Shown one piece after another: positions 61,516 to 64,000 of a stretch of 64,000 nucleotides of DNA. The notes below the pieces were generated by a model. That model searched no databases. It was not told the origin of the DNA and was given only the letters and a program-made list of their open reading frames with translations. The stretch lies in the NCBI GenBank assembly GCA_945898055.1, contig CAMDGV010000002.1:41666-105665 (forward strand), read 5' to 3'. How positions within the stretch are numbered: position 1 is the first letter of the stretch; every line of letters starts with the position of its first letter. This DNA is from Akkermansia muciniphila (GTDB lineage: Bacteria > Verrucomicrobiota > Verrucomicrobiia > Limisphaerales > UBA9464). The translations under genes were made by a program, and so were the position numbers.

Positions 61516-64000
61516 TTATTCTTTGCTTAAAGCTTCATCCAAGTTCAACACCGTGCTGCACACCACTGTCCAAGCGGCCAACTCTACTGGGTTCACCTCT
61601 GCCATTACCGCCCGTTCCCCAACTCCCAACAAAGCATCCGCCGCTTTCAAATTAGCTGCAAACCGCACTCGATGGCCTGCCAATCCACGCAGTAAAACAG
61701 AACGCTCTTCCGAGGAGGCATTCCGTCCTAGAACCGCCTTAAAGACTCGATCGACTCGGGTCGCTTCAGCGAGGTCAACACCTTCAAGAGCGTGTTCAGC
61801 TAACACTCTCGATGCTTCAACAAAACCCGTATCATTTAAGGTCAATAATGCGTGCAAGGGCACATTGGTTCGCGGCGTTCGTACAGTGCAACTCTGCCGA
61901 CTTGCCACATCAAAAAAGAGGGTCGGCCCCAAGATACGACGCCAAAAAATATAGAGACTACGCCGATACAAGGAATCGCCATGATCCTGTTCATATCGCT
62001 TGTTGCCGAAGGTAGCCTCCTCCCAGACGCCGCTCGGTTGATAGGTTCGGACAGCCACCCCACCGACACGCTCGGTCAACAGACCTGCCGCCGCCAAGGT
62101 CACATCACGAATCATCCACGAGGGCATCCGATACCGTGGACCGCGGGCCAATAAGCGATTCTCGGGATCTCTTTCTAATAATGTAGCGGCGATACGAGAG
62201 GATTGCCGATAAGTCGCACTCGTCACCATCAGTCGCATTAACCGCTTCACATCCCAACCCGAAGCCACAAAATCGACGGCCAACCAATCCAATAAATCAG
62301 GATGCGACGGTTTCTCGCCCTGCACCCCAAAGTCTTCCGAAGTCTTCACCAAGCCAACGCCAAAAAGCCCCTGCCATAGCCGATTAACACTCACCCGCGC
62401 GGTCAACGGATTCTCCGGCGACACTAACCATCGGGCTAGATCAAGCCGGTTTGATTGGGTCAAAGGCACCCCCGATGCGATCGCAGAGGGCAATCCCACG
62501 CTCACCGCTGGGCCCAGTTTAAGATAACTGCCTCGCTCCAACATTCGAGTCGTCCGAGGCGTCTTCATATCATCCATCACCATCACCTTGGGAATTGATT
62601 GCTCCAAAGAATCGCGCCCCCGGCGTCGATCGCGCAGGCTATCAAGTACCTTAAAATAACCGGGGTCGCTTTCTTTCCAATGAGCCATTAATTTTTCAAT
62701 CCCCGCGACAGAGCGATCACGCGGGAAGGCTTTGAGCGGTTCCCGTATTTCCTTTGGAAGATCTTGGGTCGAGGGGGACTCATCCGCAGATTTGCCTTTC
62801 GCACGCACAAACTTGGCTCCCTCAAAGTGGGCAGTGACCTCTGAGGCTAACTCCAGGTCTGAGGTTAATCGCTTCAATTTCTCCGCCTGATCCAAGGAGG
62901 GCACTAATAAATTCGGTGGGGATTGAGGATTACCGCCACCGCCATCGACGATTGTTTGATCAAAGAAAGCCAACAACCGAAAATAGTCACGCTGGGTATG
63001 GGGATCAAACTTGTGATCATGACACCGTGTGCAGTTAAAAGTCGCCCCCAACCACACCGTCGCCACGGTTTCTGTTTGGTCAAAAAGATAGTCAATCCGA
63101 TTTTCTTCAGCGATCCGACCGCCCTCACCGTTAATCATATGATTTCGGAGAAATCCCGTAGCGATCCGTTGATTCTGAGTCGCCGCTGGTAACCGATCGC
63201 CGGCGATCTGCCAGACTGTAAATTGGTCAAAAGGCATATTCTCATTGAACGCCTCCACCACCCAGTCACGCCAAGGCCACATGGTCCTGTCACTATCGCC
63301 TTGATACCCATTCGAATCAGCATAGCGGGCCGCTTCCAACCAGTCCCAAGCCATCCGCTCTCCGTAACGTCGCGATGCCAACAAACGATCTACCAACCGC
63401 TCAAAGGCATGGGCCGCTGGATCCTCCAAAAAGGAAGCCACTTCCGAGGGGGTGGGCGGTAAACCGGTTAGATCCAAGGTCACTCGACGCACCAAGGTGG
63501 CACGGGTGGCTTCCGGTGAAGGTGAGAGCCCCTCCTGAGTCAATCGTGCTTGGATAAACGCATCGATTGGATTTCGGCCTTCGGAAGATCCTTGGCTCGC
63601 TACGGGCGGCACTCGGGGGCGCTGCGGCAGGACATAAGCCCAGTGCTTTCCCCAGATCGCACCTTCCTCAATCCATTGCCGAATCAAGGCCACCTGTTGA
63701 GCCGAAAGAGGGTGGTTCGACTTTGGCGGCGGCATGACCTCGTCGGGATCGGTTGATATTAAACGCCGAAAGAGTTCGCTCCGCGCCGCTTGTTTAGGAA
63801 TGACCGCTACCTCCCCACTTTTGCCCTTACCCAAAGCACCCTCAGGCTGATCGAGTCGCAACCCCGCTTTACGCGCTTTTTCATCCGGCCCATGACAGGC
63901 AAAACAACGGTCAGAGAGAAGGGGCAAAATCTCGCGTGAAAAGTCGATCGCTGCCCGCGCGTTAGTAAGCCATAAAGAGAGGAATCCCAGCAAAAAGAGA
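61516..64000 (-). CDS. PSCyt / DUF1549 / DUF1553 protein (the 5' end probably just beyond the window)
   Basis: Heme motif CFACHG, then NPIDAFIQARLTQEGLSPSPEATRATLVRRVTLDLTGLPP, RYGERMAWDWLEAARYAD, CTRCHDHKFDPH and VNRLWQGLFG. The reading frame stays open to nt 64000. The track start at 63993 is a TTG inside the signal peptide. Confidence 0.85.
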   Translation of the reverse strand, partial: LFLLGFLSLWLTNARAAIDFSREILPLLSDRCFACHGPDEKARKAGLRLDQPEGALGKGKSGEVAVIPKQAARSELFRRLISTDPDEVMPPPKSNHPLSAQQVALIRQWIEEGAIWGKHWAYVLPQRPRVPPVASQGSSEGRNPIDAFIQARLTQEGLSPSPEATRATLVRRVTLDLTGLPPTPSEVASFLEDPAAHAFERLVDRLLASRRYGERMAWDWLEAARYADSNGYQGDSDRTMWPWRDWVVEAFNENMPFDQFTVWQIAGDRLPAATQNQRIATGFLRNHMINGEGGRIAEENRIDYLFDQTETVATVWLGATFNCTRCHDHKFDPHTQRDYFRLLAFFDQTIVDGGGGNPQSPPNLLVPSLDQAEKLKRLTSDLELASEVTAHFEGAKFVRAKGKSADESPSTQDLPKEIREPLKAFPRDRSVAGIEKLMAHWKESDPGYFKVLDSLRDRRRGRDSLEQSIPKVMVMDDMKTPRTTRMLERGSYLKLGPAVSVGLPSAIASGVPLTQSNRLDLARWLVSPENPLTARVSVNRLWQGLFGVGLVKTSEDFGVQGEKPSHPDLLDWLAVDFVASGWDVKRLMRLMVTSATYRQSSRIAATLLERDPENRLLARGPRYRMPSWMIRDVTLAAAGLLTERVGGVAVRTYQPSGVWEEATFGNKRYEQDHGDSLYRRSLYIFWRRILGPTLFFDVASRQSCTVRTPRTNVPLHALLTLNDTGFVEASRVLAEHALEGVDLAEATRVDRVFKAVLGRNASSEERSVLLRGLAGHRVRFAANLKAADALLGVGERAVMAEVNPVELAAWTVVCSTVLNLDEALSKE

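Overview
This 64-kb chromosomal window looks like a PVC-superphylum genome (Planctomycetota or Verrucomicrobiota). The pointers are two intact PSCyt/DUF1549/DUF1553 + DUF1501 gene pairs, an H-X9-DG prepilin-type protein and two CotH paralogs. Most of the window is ordinary: pyruvate/2-oxoacid dehydrogenase E2 and E3, an FKBP isomerase, pabB, priA, a sigma-54 response regulator, an M16 peptidase, a YjhG/YagF-type dehydratase and others.

The main feature is a complete subtype I-G (formerly I-U) CRISPR-Cas locus at about 18.1-36.6 kb. The interference operon cas3(C-terminal HD)-csx17/cas8u2-csb1/cas7-csb2/cas5-6 lies on the minus strand. It diverges from cas4/cas1-cas2 and a 63-repeat, 62-spacer array on the plus strand.

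Points worth follow-up in and around this locus:
- About 1.8 kb of decayed genes separates the two modules: a WYL-domain regulator pseudogene and a frameshifted Fic-like gene.
- The array falls into two blocks that differ only at the last repeat nucleotide. Repeats 1-31 end in T and repeats 32-63 end in C.
- The interference module looks GC-richer than its surroundings.
- The whole locus is bracketed by an integrase stub, fused to a broken DUF1553 paralog at 18074/18075, and by an IS256 transposase stub.

Elsewhere in the window:
- IS66/DDE transposase debris abuts the pabB 3' end.
- An ORF6N remnant lies at about 11.1-11.3 kb.
- The intergenic region upstream of a CotH gene has nested and pseudoknot-compatible pairings.
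- That CotH protein is flanked by two homologous EF-hand modules.

I did not find a clearly new multi-gene system beyond this atypically arranged I-G locus. All family calls come from motif recognition by eye, not from database searches.
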